Below, piece by piece: positions 25,400-34,622 of a DNA stretch of 37,978 nt (positions are counted from its first letter, which is position 1; the number at the start of each line of letters is the position of its first letter). This DNA is from a virus, in UHGV virus genome UHGV-0283905, one strand, 5' to 3'. A program made the position numbers and the translations under genes. The notes under the pieces were generated by a model that saw nothing but the letters and a program-made list of their open reading frames with translations, had not been told where the DNA came from and searched no databases.

Positions 25400-27870
25400 C
25401 AGAATCCCCCAACAGTAAGGCGAGGAATAACGGCAAGAACAGACAGCGGCAACGGGTCAAGCTGACGGATTCTTACACGTCCGTTTTTGCCCCAGTTACT
25501 GTCAAGTTTCACTTCTACTTTTCCGGTAGCGTCATCAACAGGATCATCGTAGAACTCGAATTCACGCTGTTGATATTCGTACCATTTACCGCCGGGCGTA
25601 GTCGCCCAGATGCCGCGGCTGGCATTCACAACCAGAGTAACGGATGGGATCACCTGTTTTTTGTCCAGCAGCGTTTCCTGTCCGTTAATGTTGATATCCA
25701 GTGTTTCGAATTCAGCAGTTATTGGCAGGCCGATGTGCACTACAGCCCCCGGTGATTCCAGCGTGACGGCACCTCCGGAAACTACTTTCTGTGGTTCCAC
25801 GTTCGCATCAGAGAGGATGTTTACGGTCTGACCTTCAAGATGAGACAAGCCGCCAAATGCCCGGCGCGCCATCTGCCAGTTCGTGGTGGCCACATTCCTG
25901 ATGGATGGCGGGACGTTCCTGTTAGCACGAACCACTACAGCGGTGTTGCTGGTTACAGAAATAATGTCGCAACGTAATTCTTTTGACACTTCATCGCCAG
26001 TATCAGGATCAGTTCCGGTATAAGGGAACTGTAGTTGCGCACCGACATCACTACTGGTGAAGTACGCACCACCAGAAACACTGATTGTATATTCCGCGCG
26101 GTAATCCCATTCACCAGAACCACCAGTGATGGTCATCGTTCTGTCAGACGTATTTCTTCCATCATAGCTAAGGCCAGAATCAACAAAGAAAGCATCTTCA
26201 TCGCTGGTAAATAAACGGCTGGACAGTCGCTCGATGTATCTCACTGTTTGCCCGTTAACGGTTCGGTTAACGACGAAATACACCGCATCTTCATTGCCTT
26301 CGCTGATACTGCATGTGCTTTCATATTTTCCGGTACTGGACTGTGGTGCCCATGCAAAAACCTGTTGATCACGCAGATAGGTCATCACCAGTAATTTACC
26401 GTCATCACGAATGCAGAAGGCGCTGGAGTAAGGGACAATAGAGAAGCACCAGTCAACAATGCTGTGCTTCTGAAAAAGATGATTGGCAAGGATGGTCAGG
26501 TCGTTCCCCTGATAGCCGTCAACATCGAATGAGTAGGCCAGATCACGGACAACACTGCCTTTCTCCTGGACGAACAGAGCAATATTCGCCACGGCAATTG
26601 GTGGGACATTGCTCGAGCCATTTGATCCCTGAGAGCTGAATGCAAATGATGATGGGGTTAACACTTTGTTCTGGTCGCCGGTGATGACGTACTCACCTCC
26701 GGAAGTCAGTGCCACCAGCGAACCGACATCAATCAGGTGGCGGATCTCATTAACCTGACGCCCGGCATAGGTGTAGATAATTCTGTCGTCATCCTGCGTA
26801 GGATTGCTTTTGCCAAAATCCTTATAATCCCCGGTACGGCTGGCCCAGATAGTCTGAGGGAACGCAGTCGATGCGGCGAAGTAAAGGCGTTGTTGATAAT
26901 AAACAACAGTGCCAGGATAACCGTTAATACTGTTCCAGGCATATTTAGCCCATTTATAGCTGGCATTATCCTCGCCAACTACCTGCGAAGGGATATAGGA
27001 AATCACCTCGGCAGTTGCAGTAGTTCCATTTGCAGCAGAGATACGGGCAATGCCAAAACCACTGTGCAGATACTCCCACTCAATGCCGGTATCATCATCA
27101 CCGGATCCGCCCCAGCCATCCCATGATGTGCCTTCTGTATGCGAAGGGCGCAAAGTGCCTGTTTTGCCTGCTGTAACGGCGCGATAGTAGTTACTGTCTG
27201 CACGGCGAATATCGCCAATCGACGTACTCTTACTGGTTTCCCATACCGGCACAGAATCCACTGCAGGCTGTTCCAGATAGAACAATTTGCCTACCTGCTC
27301 CGCGCCAAAAATTGAGGCGCTTGCCGTTAACGTAATTGTCCCGGTGCTGGCGCTGGCATAAACCGTCACTGACTCGTCAATATTGATATCTTCAAATGGC
27401 CCGTTCTTCGTTACCACATCAACCAGTTGCCAGTTGTCATGCGCATAGCGGCGCAACTCTTTCGGCGGGTATGCCGGATGAACCAGCGTAAGCACGTCTG
27501 CGCTTTGCGTGAATTTAATTCGGAACAGATCGGCTTCAGTATATGGCGTGGCAATTTCATAAATAACATTGCTGCTGTTCAGCACCAACGCACCATCTTT
27601 GATAACGCGCATGTACTGGTGTCCGAACTCCAGAGCATAAGTCTGAACCGTCGAGAACTGGAACGGGATCAGGCGGCATTTCCGATTTGGGTATTTGGCG
27701 GCACCGACAAAACGCGTACCAGGTCGATTCTCAACGCCGCCATACTGCCGCACGATAAAGTTATCGCACTTGCGCAATGCCACCTGGTACTTCGCCATGT
27801 CGATACGACCGTACAACGACGGTCCAATCTCACCACCGGCAAAGCTGGGCTGGATCCAACTGATAGCCAT
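25399..27870 (-). CDS. tail tubular protein B-like (nozzle)
   Basis: 823 aa; N-terminus SWIQPSFAGGEIGPSLYGRIDMAKYQ parallels the T7 gp12 N-terminal pattern; follows the tail-tube A-like gene. Confidence 0.55.
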   Translation of the reverse strand: MAISWIQPSFAGGEIGPSLYGRIDMAKYQVALRKCDNFIVRQYGGVENRPGTRFVGAAKYPNRKCRLIPFQFSTVQTYALEFGHQYMRVIKDGALVLNSSNVIYEIATPYTEADLFRIKFTQSADVLTLVHPAYPPKELRRYAHDNWQLVDVVTKNGPFEDINIDESVTVYASASTGTITLTASASIFGAEQVGKLFYLEQPAVDSVPVWETSKSTSIGDIRRADSNYYRAVTAGKTGTLRPSHTEGTSWDGWGGSGDDDTGIEWEYLHSGFGIARISAANGTTATAEVISYIPSQVVGEDNASYKWAKYAWNSINGYPGTVVYYQQRLYFAASTAFPQTIWASRTGDYKDFGKSNPTQDDDRIIYTYAGRQVNEIRHLIDVGSLVALTSGGEYVITGDQNKVLTPSSFAFSSQGSNGSSNVPPIAVANIALFVQEKGSVVRDLAYSFDVDGYQGNDLTILANHLFQKHSIVDWCFSIVPYSSAFCIRDDGKLLVMTYLRDQQVFAWAPQSSTGKYESTCSISEGNEDAVYFVVNRTVNGQTVRYIERLSSRLFTSDEDAFFVDSGLSYDGRNTSDRTMTITGGSGEWDYRAEYTISVSGGAYFTSSDVGAQLQFPYTGTDPDTGDEVSKELRCDIISVTSNTAVVVRANRNVPPSIRNVATTNWQMARRAFGGLSHLEGQTVNILSDANVEPQKVVSGGAVTLESPGAVVHIGLPITAEFETLDININGQETLLDKKQVIPSVTLVVNASRGIWATTPGGKWYEYQQREFEFYDDPVDDATGKVEVKLDSNWGKNGRVRIRQLDPLPLSVLAVIPRLTVGGF

Positions 27871-28478
27871 CAGGACAACCTCGCAATGGTAAACTCGTCA
27901 ACCGGTGGCTGTGGTTCCTGTGATTCATTCTGGCTATGCGAGCCAGCACTAAGAATCACGCGATTGTACATATTGAGGGCAAACGTACCGAGGTCTGCAT
28001 TCCCAGTCAGCGCCATGTTAATAGCTGCCGCAAGACGCCAGGCCAACGCCTCCATAAAAATGGCATCAAACATGTTCACATCTGAAACGCGAGAGACATA
28101 CTTGAGCCATGCCTGCGGCTGGTCTGTGTAGATCAACTTTCCTGTTCCGTTGGTGTCTGCACCAACTTCGTACTGAACGCGCATTGCTGCTGTTGGATTG
28201 CGTACACCAGGAAGCATAATTTCAGTAATGCGCAGACAATCGGACGGGTACTGGTACGCATATTCCCAGTCAGGCGGTGGATTGCTCGTATCTGCAAGCG
28301 CCACGCGTTTGGTAGCAAAGTTCCAGTCAAAATCAGAAAGAACAGCATCACGGCAGGCCTCAAAGTGCAGCGAACATTCACCCGCTTCCTTGCTGGCTTC
28401 CGTCAGGCTGTTAATACTGCGGCTGTTGCCAATATTGGACAGCGCACGATTACAGATCTCTACTACAGAGGCCATCAC
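27870..28478 (-). CDS. tail tubular protein A-like (adaptor)
   Basis: 202 aa; N-terminal ICNRALSNIG resembles T7 gp11 N-terminus (VNDILASIG) from memory. Confidence 0.45.
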   Translation of the reverse strand: MMASVVEICNRALSNIGNSRSINSLTEASKEAGECSLHFEACRDAVLSDFDWNFATKRVALADTSNPPPDWEYAYQYPSDCLRITEIMLPGVRNPTAAMRVQYEVGADTNGTGKLIYTDQPQAWLKYVSRVSDVNMFDAIFMEALAWRLAAAINMALTGNADLGTFALNMYNRVILSAGSHSQNESQEPQPPVDEFTIARLS

Positions 28479-28804
28479 TCACCTCCGTTACCGTACAGAG
28501 TTTCAGCCGCTGATTTTTCTACATCCCTGGAAACAGGAGCGATCGCCATATCAGTGATCTGCAGATCGGCGCTGCGATTAACACCATCGTCAGTTTCTCT
28601 GGCAGACAGGCCTCGAATAACAGCCTTTGCAGTTATCATCACTTCTGTTCCGACGCCCTGAGGTTGCGCCTTCAGCTTATTCAATGTGTCGTTATTAAGA
28701 GTGATGCACAGCCCCCACGGGTATTCATCGCGAGTTCTGGTTTCTCCGCTCTCATCCTGGTAGCTGTCAGTGCCGGTTTTGAGGTTTACGAGTTCCATAT
28801 ACAC
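28475..28804 (-). CDS. hypothetical structural protein
   Basis: 109 aa, within the head-tail block. Confidence 0.4.
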   Translation of the reverse strand: MYMELVNLKTGTDSYQDESGETRTRDEYPWGLCITLNNDTLNKLKAQPQGVGTEVMITAKAVIRGLSARETDDGVNRSADLQITDMAIAPVSRDVEKSAAETLYGNGGE

Positions 28805-28848
28805 TCCTGCAATAAAGGGGCCGAAGCCCCTTGTCGGATTCGCGAGGC

Positions 28849-29193
28849 TTACACGCCCAGTTCTTTACGCTTATCTGCGATCTTCTCGCGGAGCGTTTCG
28901 GCTTTAGCGTTATGGTGTGGCTTCTCGTTAAAGAGCAATTCGTACTCTTCACGGAGCTTATCCAGTTCACCATCATCTGACACATCGTTGATGATTTTGG
29001 TGCTGGTTGCTGCCATAGACACCTTTCCTGCTACCTTTGCTTTTGCCTGTCTGGCTGCATCGTTAACAGGTTCCAGTGCGCTACCAGGCTCACCTTCGTA
29101 TTCGATTTCTTCCCCCTCCGGCCACAGTGTGTTATGGATATGAGAGAGGCGCAGAACGCGGTATCTTGGTTTCTCACCTGACATCGATATCAC
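28849..29193 (-). CDS. hypothetical structural protein
   Basis: 114 aa; followed by hairpin AAGGGGC-cgaa-GCCCCTT at 28812..28829. Confidence 0.4.
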   Translation of the reverse strand: MISMSGEKPRYRVLRLSHIHNTLWPEGEEIEYEGEPGSALEPVNDAARQAKAKVAGKVSMAATSTKIINDVSDDGELDKLREEYELLFNEKPHHNAKAETLREKIADKRKELGV

Positions 29194-29194
29194 C

Positions 29195-29632
29195 TTAACC
29201 AGTTACTTTTGAGCGGATCGGGTACGGCGTATTGGCATCAACATCCAGACTGATACCCGCAGTGAATTTGCCGGCCGTTAGTGGGCCAGTTGCGACGGAG
29301 TAGTTAACACGCAGATATCGCTGAACACCGGCAGGCACCTTTGCAGAAACAACTCGTTTACCTGCTGTCAGGGTAGCCTTTGCCAGTGCGCCACTATCAT
29401 AAATAGTGGACCATGAGCTGTTATTCTCACTCGTCTGCAACTGGATGTTTACAGTTGCCTCACCACTTGCCGTGGCGGCTTCGTTAACCAGCACCCAAAA
29501 CTCAAGCGGATAACCCACGCCGATATCGCGACGGTTTCCATCAATTGGACCGAGATCGATTACGTCAGTAGAAGCCGCGGTATTCGTAACCGCCTGAGCT
29601 TCGGAGAACATCAACAGTTTGTCGGTGATCAT
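29195..29632 (-). CDS. hypothetical capsid-associated protein (decoration or staple candidate)
   Basis: 145 aa, Thr/Ser/Ala-rich, immediately after the major capsid gene. Confidence 0.35.
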   Translation of the reverse strand: MITDKLLMFSEAQAVTNTAASTDVIDLGPIDGNRRDIGVGYPLEFWVLVNEAATASGEATVNIQLQTSENNSSWSTIYDSGALAKATLTAGKRVVSAKVPAGVQRYLRVNYSVATGPLTAGKFTAGISLDVDANTPYPIRSKVTG

Positions 29633-29683
29633 CTTCTTTCTCCATTAGTGGGTCTGTTACGACCCACAGGTTAATAACAGGCG

Positions 29684-30676
29684 TTACACCACGCGGGCTT
29701 CTGTTTCCAGAAGCGCATCAGTTTCACGGATTGGTACACCACGGAATGAAGTCCACCACTCGCCTTCAGTCTCTTTTACGCTGATCGCCAGAGATGTTTT
29801 CTCCAGAGATTGCAGATCAAGAGCCTGGCCTACAGTGCGGTTCATGTAGAACACCGGGCGACCCATTCCACGGTTTGGAATGCGATGCAGTGCTTTAACC
29901 ATCAACTTCGCAATATTTGCGGCAGAGGAAGGTTCTGAAAGATTGCTGACATCGATGTTTGCAATGCGAACAACATAACGCCAGTCACGCAGAGCAAGTC
30001 CGTTGTCCCATTTGTAATGGGTGCGATAGCCTTCGTACTTGCCGCCATTAGCATCTTCCAGTGTCACCTGGCCTTTATCTTCCATCTGGATGCCAGCCTT
30101 CTGCCCTTTCGGGAAGATGCCATGCACGGTGTTTTCGCCCCACACCACTAACCAGATTGAGGTGTTATCTGTACCCGTGCCACCAGCATCAATGATGTTC
30201 TGAGCATTACCCGCAGACAGGCTGGAATAGCGGGAGGACAGTCCCATAAACTGCTGAGGGTTAACGCTGGAATCACCATAAAACAGCGTCTGCGCCATCT
30301 GCTGATTCATCGCTTCAATAAATGCGCGGTCTTCAGACAGGCGGAATTCAGCGGTATTGCCGTTCAGATCAGCCAGTGATTTATCGACTTCAGCATAGGT
30401 TTCCAGCATGCCAACGTAATCGGTTACCTGCACTGTGGTTGATTTGCTTGGCTGTACGCCATAGTTCAGCAAACGCCAGGTAGCTGAAGGTAAACCAGAA
30501 CGAATGGTGGTTCGGTGTCCGGTAGGAAGGTTCCCTTCGACAAAAGGCATATCCTGAAGGATCGGGTTAGTTTGACCGAGAAGCTCGATAATCTTATCGA
30601 CTTTCCCGTTTGGATCGACGCGCTTACCCCAGTCAGCCAGCGTTAGCGCAGTTAAGCCTTTAACAGCCATTGTCAT
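29684..30676 (-). CDS. major capsid protein
   Basis: 330 aa, position after scaffold and portal; followed by stem-loop GTGGGTC-tgttac-GACCCAC (29648..29667). Confidence 0.7.
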   Translation of the reverse strand: MTMAVKGLTALTLADWGKRVDPNGKVDKIIELLGQTNPILQDMPFVEGNLPTGHRTTIRSGLPSATWRLLNYGVQPSKSTTVQVTDYVGMLETYAEVDKSLADLNGNTAEFRLSEDRAFIEAMNQQMAQTLFYGDSSVNPQQFMGLSSRYSSLSAGNAQNIIDAGGTGTDNTSIWLVVWGENTVHGIFPKGQKAGIQMEDKGQVTLEDANGGKYEGYRTHYKWDNGLALRDWRYVVRIANIDVSNLSEPSSAANIAKLMVKALHRIPNRGMGRPVFYMNRTVGQALDLQSLEKTSLAISVKETEGEWWTSFRGVPIRETDALLETEARVV

Positions 30677-30684
30677 TTCCTCTC

Positions 30685-31386
30685 TTATTTGCCATAGAGC
30701 ACTTCGGCCGCACTACGCTGGCCTTCATTACCACCGGTGACCATGCCATCTTCAGACATCGCCTTTCCGATTTTCACGAACGTTTTGACCAGATCAGGGT
30801 GATTACCCAGCCCGGTGGTGTTCAGATATTCTTTGAGTTCAGGTGTCCCGAACTGGTCAAGCGCACGCTGTGCGGCGCTAAGGTTAGAAATCAACTTGTC
30901 GCCACCGATTTCTTTGTCAGCTTTTACATCCGCAGCCCACTGCTCGGTTGTTTTCTGCCAGGCTTCTGCCTGGCGCTGCTGAACACCTGCCAGAATCTTC
31001 GGATAAGCATCAACCAGCTTTTGCGCTTGCTCGTTGGTCAGGTTAAGTTCTCGCGCCACCGGCTCGAATTCCTTCAACGCTTCTGTATCCAGCTCTACGC
31101 CTTCGGCAGCCTGAAACTCGTACTTCTCAGGCGCACCCTCTGGTTTATCGCCGTCCTTTTTTTCATCCTGCTTATCGTTTTCAGGCTTTTTGTCATCAGC
31201 AGGTTTATCGCCATCAGCAACAGGTTGTGGCTTATCACCTTCCTGTTGTGATGGATCACCAACTGGAGCAGGGTTATCACCTGCAGGCGCTGACGGTTCT
31301 GACGCAGCCGGAGCTGCTCCACCATCGACTGGTTGCTCATTGCAAAGACGGCGATACAGCAAACGCTCAAATAAACTCATGATCAC
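30685..31386 (-). CDS. scaffolding protein
   Basis: 233 aa, acidic, Pro/Ala-rich N-terminal third and Lys/Asp/Glu-rich region; between portal and capsid genes. Confidence 0.55.
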   Translation of the reverse strand: MIMSLFERLLYRRLCNEQPVDGGAAPAASEPSAPAGDNPAPVGDPSQQEGDKPQPVADGDKPADDKKPENDKQDEKKDGDKPEGAPEKYEFQAAEGVELDTEALKEFEPVARELNLTNEQAQKLVDAYPKILAGVQQRQAEAWQKTTEQWAADVKADKEIGGDKLISNLSAAQRALDQFGTPELKEYLNTTGLGNHPDLVKTFVKIGKAMSEDGMVTGGNEGQRSAAEVLYGK

Positions 31387-31679
31387 TCCTGTTCACTGGC
31401 CTCTTTGGCCATCTTCAAATACTGTTCAGGGCAATGCGCCATAACGCGCTGAAACAGTTCCAGCGCCAGATTGCGTTGCCCCTCATTAAATGCCATTGCC
31501 ATAGCGTCCATCGGTGAGATAGCGGAAAACACACGGCCTTTCTCCAGCACCGACCAGACAACGCGACGCCCCTGTTCACTGCTCATGACAAAGCGAATGT
31601 CATCAATTTCACGCTGCGCCATGTCACGTTGCTTACGGGCGTTTTCTTCTTTCAGTTGATCGTCTTCGTAATCTGTCAT
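31383..31679 (-). CDS. hypothetical protein between portal and scaffold
   Basis: 98 aa, overlapping neighbours by 4 nt at both ends. Confidence 0.4.
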   Translation of the reverse strand: MTDYEDDQLKEENARKQRDMAQREIDDIRFVMSSEQGRRVVWSVLEKGRVFSAISPMDAMAMAFNEGQRNLALELFQRVMAHCPEQYLKMAKEASEQE

Positions 31680-33355
31680 TGTGATTGCCCACCCTGACCA
31701 CTAACTGCATTCGCCATAGCTGACAAAACACTCGGATCCGAAGTTTTAGCTTCGCTTAGCGTCTTGGCCCCCTGTGCCGCCGCCATCCCCATCGCCATCA
31801 TTTGTTGCTGCTGTTGTTGCTGTGCCCGTTGCTGGCGAGCCTGCTCAACCTGTTCCTGCGGAACAATGACGGTTGGAGACACTCCGGACATATCAGCGAA
31901 TGCATCGATCGCCTGATCAACGTTGAGTTTGTCGAGAGCTTCTGGTTTCGCTTGCGCAAGTTGACCAATGAAGTTGACCGTAGACGCCAGACTGGACAGG
32001 CCGATAGACTTCTGCGCCTGAGCCATGACGGAAATGTATTCGACCTTCAGGGGCATACCTTCCATCGCGTCAGGCGGTGGCGGCAGCATGTTTTTACGCA
32101 CCATCATCGAGAAAGCGCGGTCAATGAGAGGATTAAGACATTCGTCGTTCAGACGCTCCAGAACCGGCCCCAACATCAGAAGTTTTTCTTCTTTCATTTC
32201 GATCACTGCTTCAACAGGCATCGAGCGGGTATTGATGTTCTGCAACATCATGAACAGATCGACAAAGTAGGCGCTGTTAATGATTTGACGAGTGTCCTGA
32301 ATGTCTGCTACCAGATCTGCTGTACTGGGGTTAACCAGATAAGCAGGCCTGAAGCCATCCTGACCAGTAATCTGATCGATATACGTGATGTCACCAGGAA
32401 GAAGGGAGGCGCGCTGATTCTTGAGGGAAGTCGGAGCAACCATCGGCGGATTGGTGGCTTTATCAATCAACTGCGACTTGCGCTCCTGGAGAAGTTGCAA
32501 TGCCTTAACAGGTCCAAGCGCCAGCATACCCGGGCATGATGATCCATAAACATCTTCGCCATTAACTTCCCAGCGCGGAGCCATAATTGGAAACTCATCA
32601 AATCCGGACTCACGCAACAACTTGTCGTTATCGCCACCAACCTCGTAATAAACCGATTTGAATGGCTTGTTCTTGCTATCCAGCTTCGATGTATCGCGGT
32701 CAATGTTCGGGTAAACCGAATGCATCACTTCAATCCACTTCTCGTAGGTGCCGCTTTCCCACATGCTTTTTACGGATTCGCTGACGTTATTTAGTCCGAA
32801 CTCCTGAACAAGCTGACGAACAGTCATAGAGAACTTGCGAAAACAGGTGTCCACACTGCCACGAGGTGAGTTAGCCAGGTAGTAACTTCCTATCGGGAAT
32901 GGCATTGTACGAATGATGTCCTCGTCATCCTCCAGCACCGCCATTGCGCCAGTGCTGTATGTGCCGAGGCTTCCGTATAACTGCGGCAGCGACTGATAGA
33001 GATTCGACTTATTGAACATATCGTTCATGCGGTTCTGCACCGCCTCAAGCCACAACTTAACAGGGCCATAATCCATCATTTCAGGATCTGGCGTAGCCAG
33101 GCGAAACCACGGACGCGCGGGGCTTGTGATGCCTGACATCATGCCGCTGGCGAGAGTGCGCGCCGCCATAGTCCCGGTCGAATCAATAATGCGTGTATTG
33201 CGTCGATCGTTACGGTTGACCTCAGAAGTCAGAAAGCGGGAACCACGCGGGTTGATGTAATCACTCAACTCGCGCCAGTGCGGCTCGAACGACTGACGCT
33301 CGCTTTCAAGTTGTGCGAACTGTTTGTTCAATCGCTCTTTAGTTGTTTCCGCCAT
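31676..33355 (-). CDS. portal protein (T7 gp8-like head-to-tail connector)
   Basis: 559 aa; C-terminal Gln-rich tail QQRAQQQQQQQMMAMGMAAAQG resembles the T7 gp8 C-terminus from memory. Confidence 0.8.
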   Translation of the reverse strand: MAETTKERLNKQFAQLESERQSFEPHWRELSDYINPRGSRFLTSEVNRNDRRNTRIIDSTGTMAARTLASGMMSGITSPARPWFRLATPDPEMMDYGPVKLWLEAVQNRMNDMFNKSNLYQSLPQLYGSLGTYSTGAMAVLEDDEDIIRTMPFPIGSYYLANSPRGSVDTCFRKFSMTVRQLVQEFGLNNVSESVKSMWESGTYEKWIEVMHSVYPNIDRDTSKLDSKNKPFKSVYYEVGGDNDKLLRESGFDEFPIMAPRWEVNGEDVYGSSCPGMLALGPVKALQLLQERKSQLIDKATNPPMVAPTSLKNQRASLLPGDITYIDQITGQDGFRPAYLVNPSTADLVADIQDTRQIINSAYFVDLFMMLQNINTRSMPVEAVIEMKEEKLLMLGPVLERLNDECLNPLIDRAFSMMVRKNMLPPPPDAMEGMPLKVEYISVMAQAQKSIGLSSLASTVNFIGQLAQAKPEALDKLNVDQAIDAFADMSGVSPTVIVPQEQVEQARQQRAQQQQQQQMMAMGMAAAQGAKTLSEAKTSDPSVLSAMANAVSGQGGQSQ

Positions 33356-33369
33356 TTCAATGACTCCGG

Positions 33370-33576
33370 TTACTGACCAAGCAGCGTTTTACCGCTGGTA
33401 TTAGCGGTTGATGTGTCGCCCTGAGAACCGGTAAGCAGCGTAGAACTACGACCAGCAGCAGCGCGACGGCGACGAGTTTCTTCGTAGCGGGCATCAACAA
33501 CGGCGGCATCCTGCTCCTGTGGTGCTGCCTGAACTTCTGGTGTTGCAGGCACTGACGGTGAGCTACCCATGCACAT
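33370..33576 (-). CDS. hypothetical small protein upstream of portal
   Basis: 68 aa, GGAG 8 nt upstream of ATG 33576; overlapping 79-aa frame 33357..33596 judged less likely. Confidence 0.35.
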   Translation of the reverse strand: MCMGSSPSVPATPEVQAAPQEQDAAVVDARYEETRRRRAAAGRSSTLLTGSQGDTSTANTSGKTLLGQ

Positions 33577-33666
33577 ATCAATGACTCCGTACGCAATTAA
33601 ATTATTACCAATTTAACCACATATGATTTATTTATCGTAGACAGTTGACATTTAATGCACGAATTA

Positions 33667-33681
33667 TTACCTTTCAGGTAA
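33667..33681. promoter_or_regulatory. dyad site TTACCtttcaGGTAA; possible -35 TTGACA at 33644..33649
   Basis: Exact motif at the start of the non-coding region leading to the tRNA. Confidence 0.45.
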
Positions 33682-34003
33682 GTAAATGGTTCATTCCGGT
33701 TATTAACCTGACTGGCTTGTCGTTAAATTGAACAGGTGGAGTGAGCTTTTATTTTGAGCAGTACGGCGTATGGCACATGCGCCGATAGCGGTCTGGATAC
33801 GTTTAAGGGGCACCCTCCCTTGCTCGGGCAAACGAACCAGGTAGCCGGAATGTGCAAGTCGAGCGGTTTTATTCCGCGCACGGGGATTCACCATCCCGGC
33901 GATTCGGTGTGACGCCTCGGAAGAGACGAGGGTACAACGATGAGAGCATTTATGGAGCCGCGACAAAGTGTGGCGCCTTAACAGGCTAAGTGCTCTCAGC
34001 GTT

Positions 34004-34080
34004 GTGGCATTAGCTCAGTTGGACAGAGCAACCGCCTTCTAAGCGGTTGGTCGCAGGTTCGAATCCTGCATGCCACGCCA
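34004..34080 (+). tRNA. tRNA-Arg (anticodon UCU), CCA encoded
   Basis: Hand-folded cloverleaf: acceptor GTGGCAT/ATGCCAC, D-arm GCTC-AGTTGGACA-GAGC, anticodon arm ACCGC-CTTCTAA-GCGGT, T-arm GCAGG-TTCGAAT-CCTGC, discriminator G, CCA. Confidence 0.85.
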
Positions 34081-34123
34081 GAATCACGCCTAAGGACCGT
34101 GATGCCAGAAGTTCCAGGTGCTT

Positions 34124-34165
34124 GGCGGTGATGGTTTCCCTTGAAGGACTATCACCGCCCTTTTT
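34124..34165 (+). terminator. terminator-like hairpin after the tRNA
   Basis: GGCGGTGAT ... ATCACCGCC stem followed by CTTTTT. Confidence 0.55.
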
Positions 34166-34243
34166 ACAGCAGGACGCCATTGCGATGACTTCATGCTGTA
34201 AACCAGTACAGCCACGGAAGGCATAACTCATTGCTTCCAGTTC

Positions 34244-34267
34244 GCCCGGTTCGCCGGGCATTTTTTT
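34244..34267 (+). terminator. intrinsic-terminator-like hairpin in the leader of the DUF2829 gene (attenuator candidate)
   Basis: GCCCGG-ttcg-CCGGGC plus TTTTTTT, ending 12 nt before ATG 34279. Confidence 0.6.
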
Positions 34268-34278
34268 AAGGTGAGATT

Positions 34279-34575
34279 ATGAGCGAAACATCAACAGTAT
34301 CTTTCTCCACTGCTTTGTCATCACTCAAAGATGGTAAGCGCATTGCACGTGCCGGATGGAATGGCAAAGGCATGTATCTGCAACTGGTTAAGCCACCGCA
34401 ATCGGCCACTCCGAACGAGTGGCGATTTGACGTTACATGCGGTGACGAGTATACATTTGTACCTGGCGTTAAACTTCTACCGTGGATTGGGATGAAAACT
34501 GCTGACGGTTGCTTTGTACCGTGGCTGGCATCTCAAACCGATCTGCTATCTGATGACTGGATTGTAATTCAATAA
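34279..34575 (+). CDS. DUF2829-family protein (Tad2-like, candidate anti-Thoeris sponge)
   Basis: 98 aa; N-terminal FSTALSSLKDGKRIARAGWNGKGMYLQL and C-terminal VPWLASQTDLLSDDWIVI fit my recollection of the DUF2829 pattern; opposite orientation to flanking structural genes, own terminator. Confidence 0.55.
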   Translation: MSETSTVSFSTALSSLKDGKRIARAGWNGKGMYLQLVKPPQSATPNEWRFDVTCGDEYTFVPGVKLLPWIGMKTADGCFVPWLASQTDLLSDDWIVIQ

Positions 34576-34579
34576 CACC

Positions 34580-34591
34580 GTGACATGTCAC
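34580..34591. promoter_or_regulatory. 12-bp perfect palindrome GTGACATGTCAC (copy 2 of 3)
   Basis: 4 nt upstream of terminator hairpin 34596..34622. Confidence 0.5.
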
Positions 34592-34595
34592 AAAC

Positions 34596-34622
34596 AGCCA
34601 GCCTATGAGCTGGCTTTGTTTT
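34596..34622 (+). terminator. intrinsic terminator after the DUF2829 gene
   Basis: AGCCAGC-ctatga-GCTGGCT plus TTGTTTT. Confidence 0.7.

Noticed and set aside
33703-33966. 87-aa minus-strand ORF and a possible second tRNA in the region upstream of tRNA-Arg
   Set aside because: The ORF is Arg/His-rich with no RBS. No T-arm with a 7-nt TTCRA-type loop or acceptor pairing could be built, so it was reported only as non-coding structured sequence.
34010-34261. 83-aa minus-strand ORF
   Set aside because: It runs antisense across the tRNA-Arg gene and its two terminator hairpins, and there is no RBS; I take it as a chance ORF.
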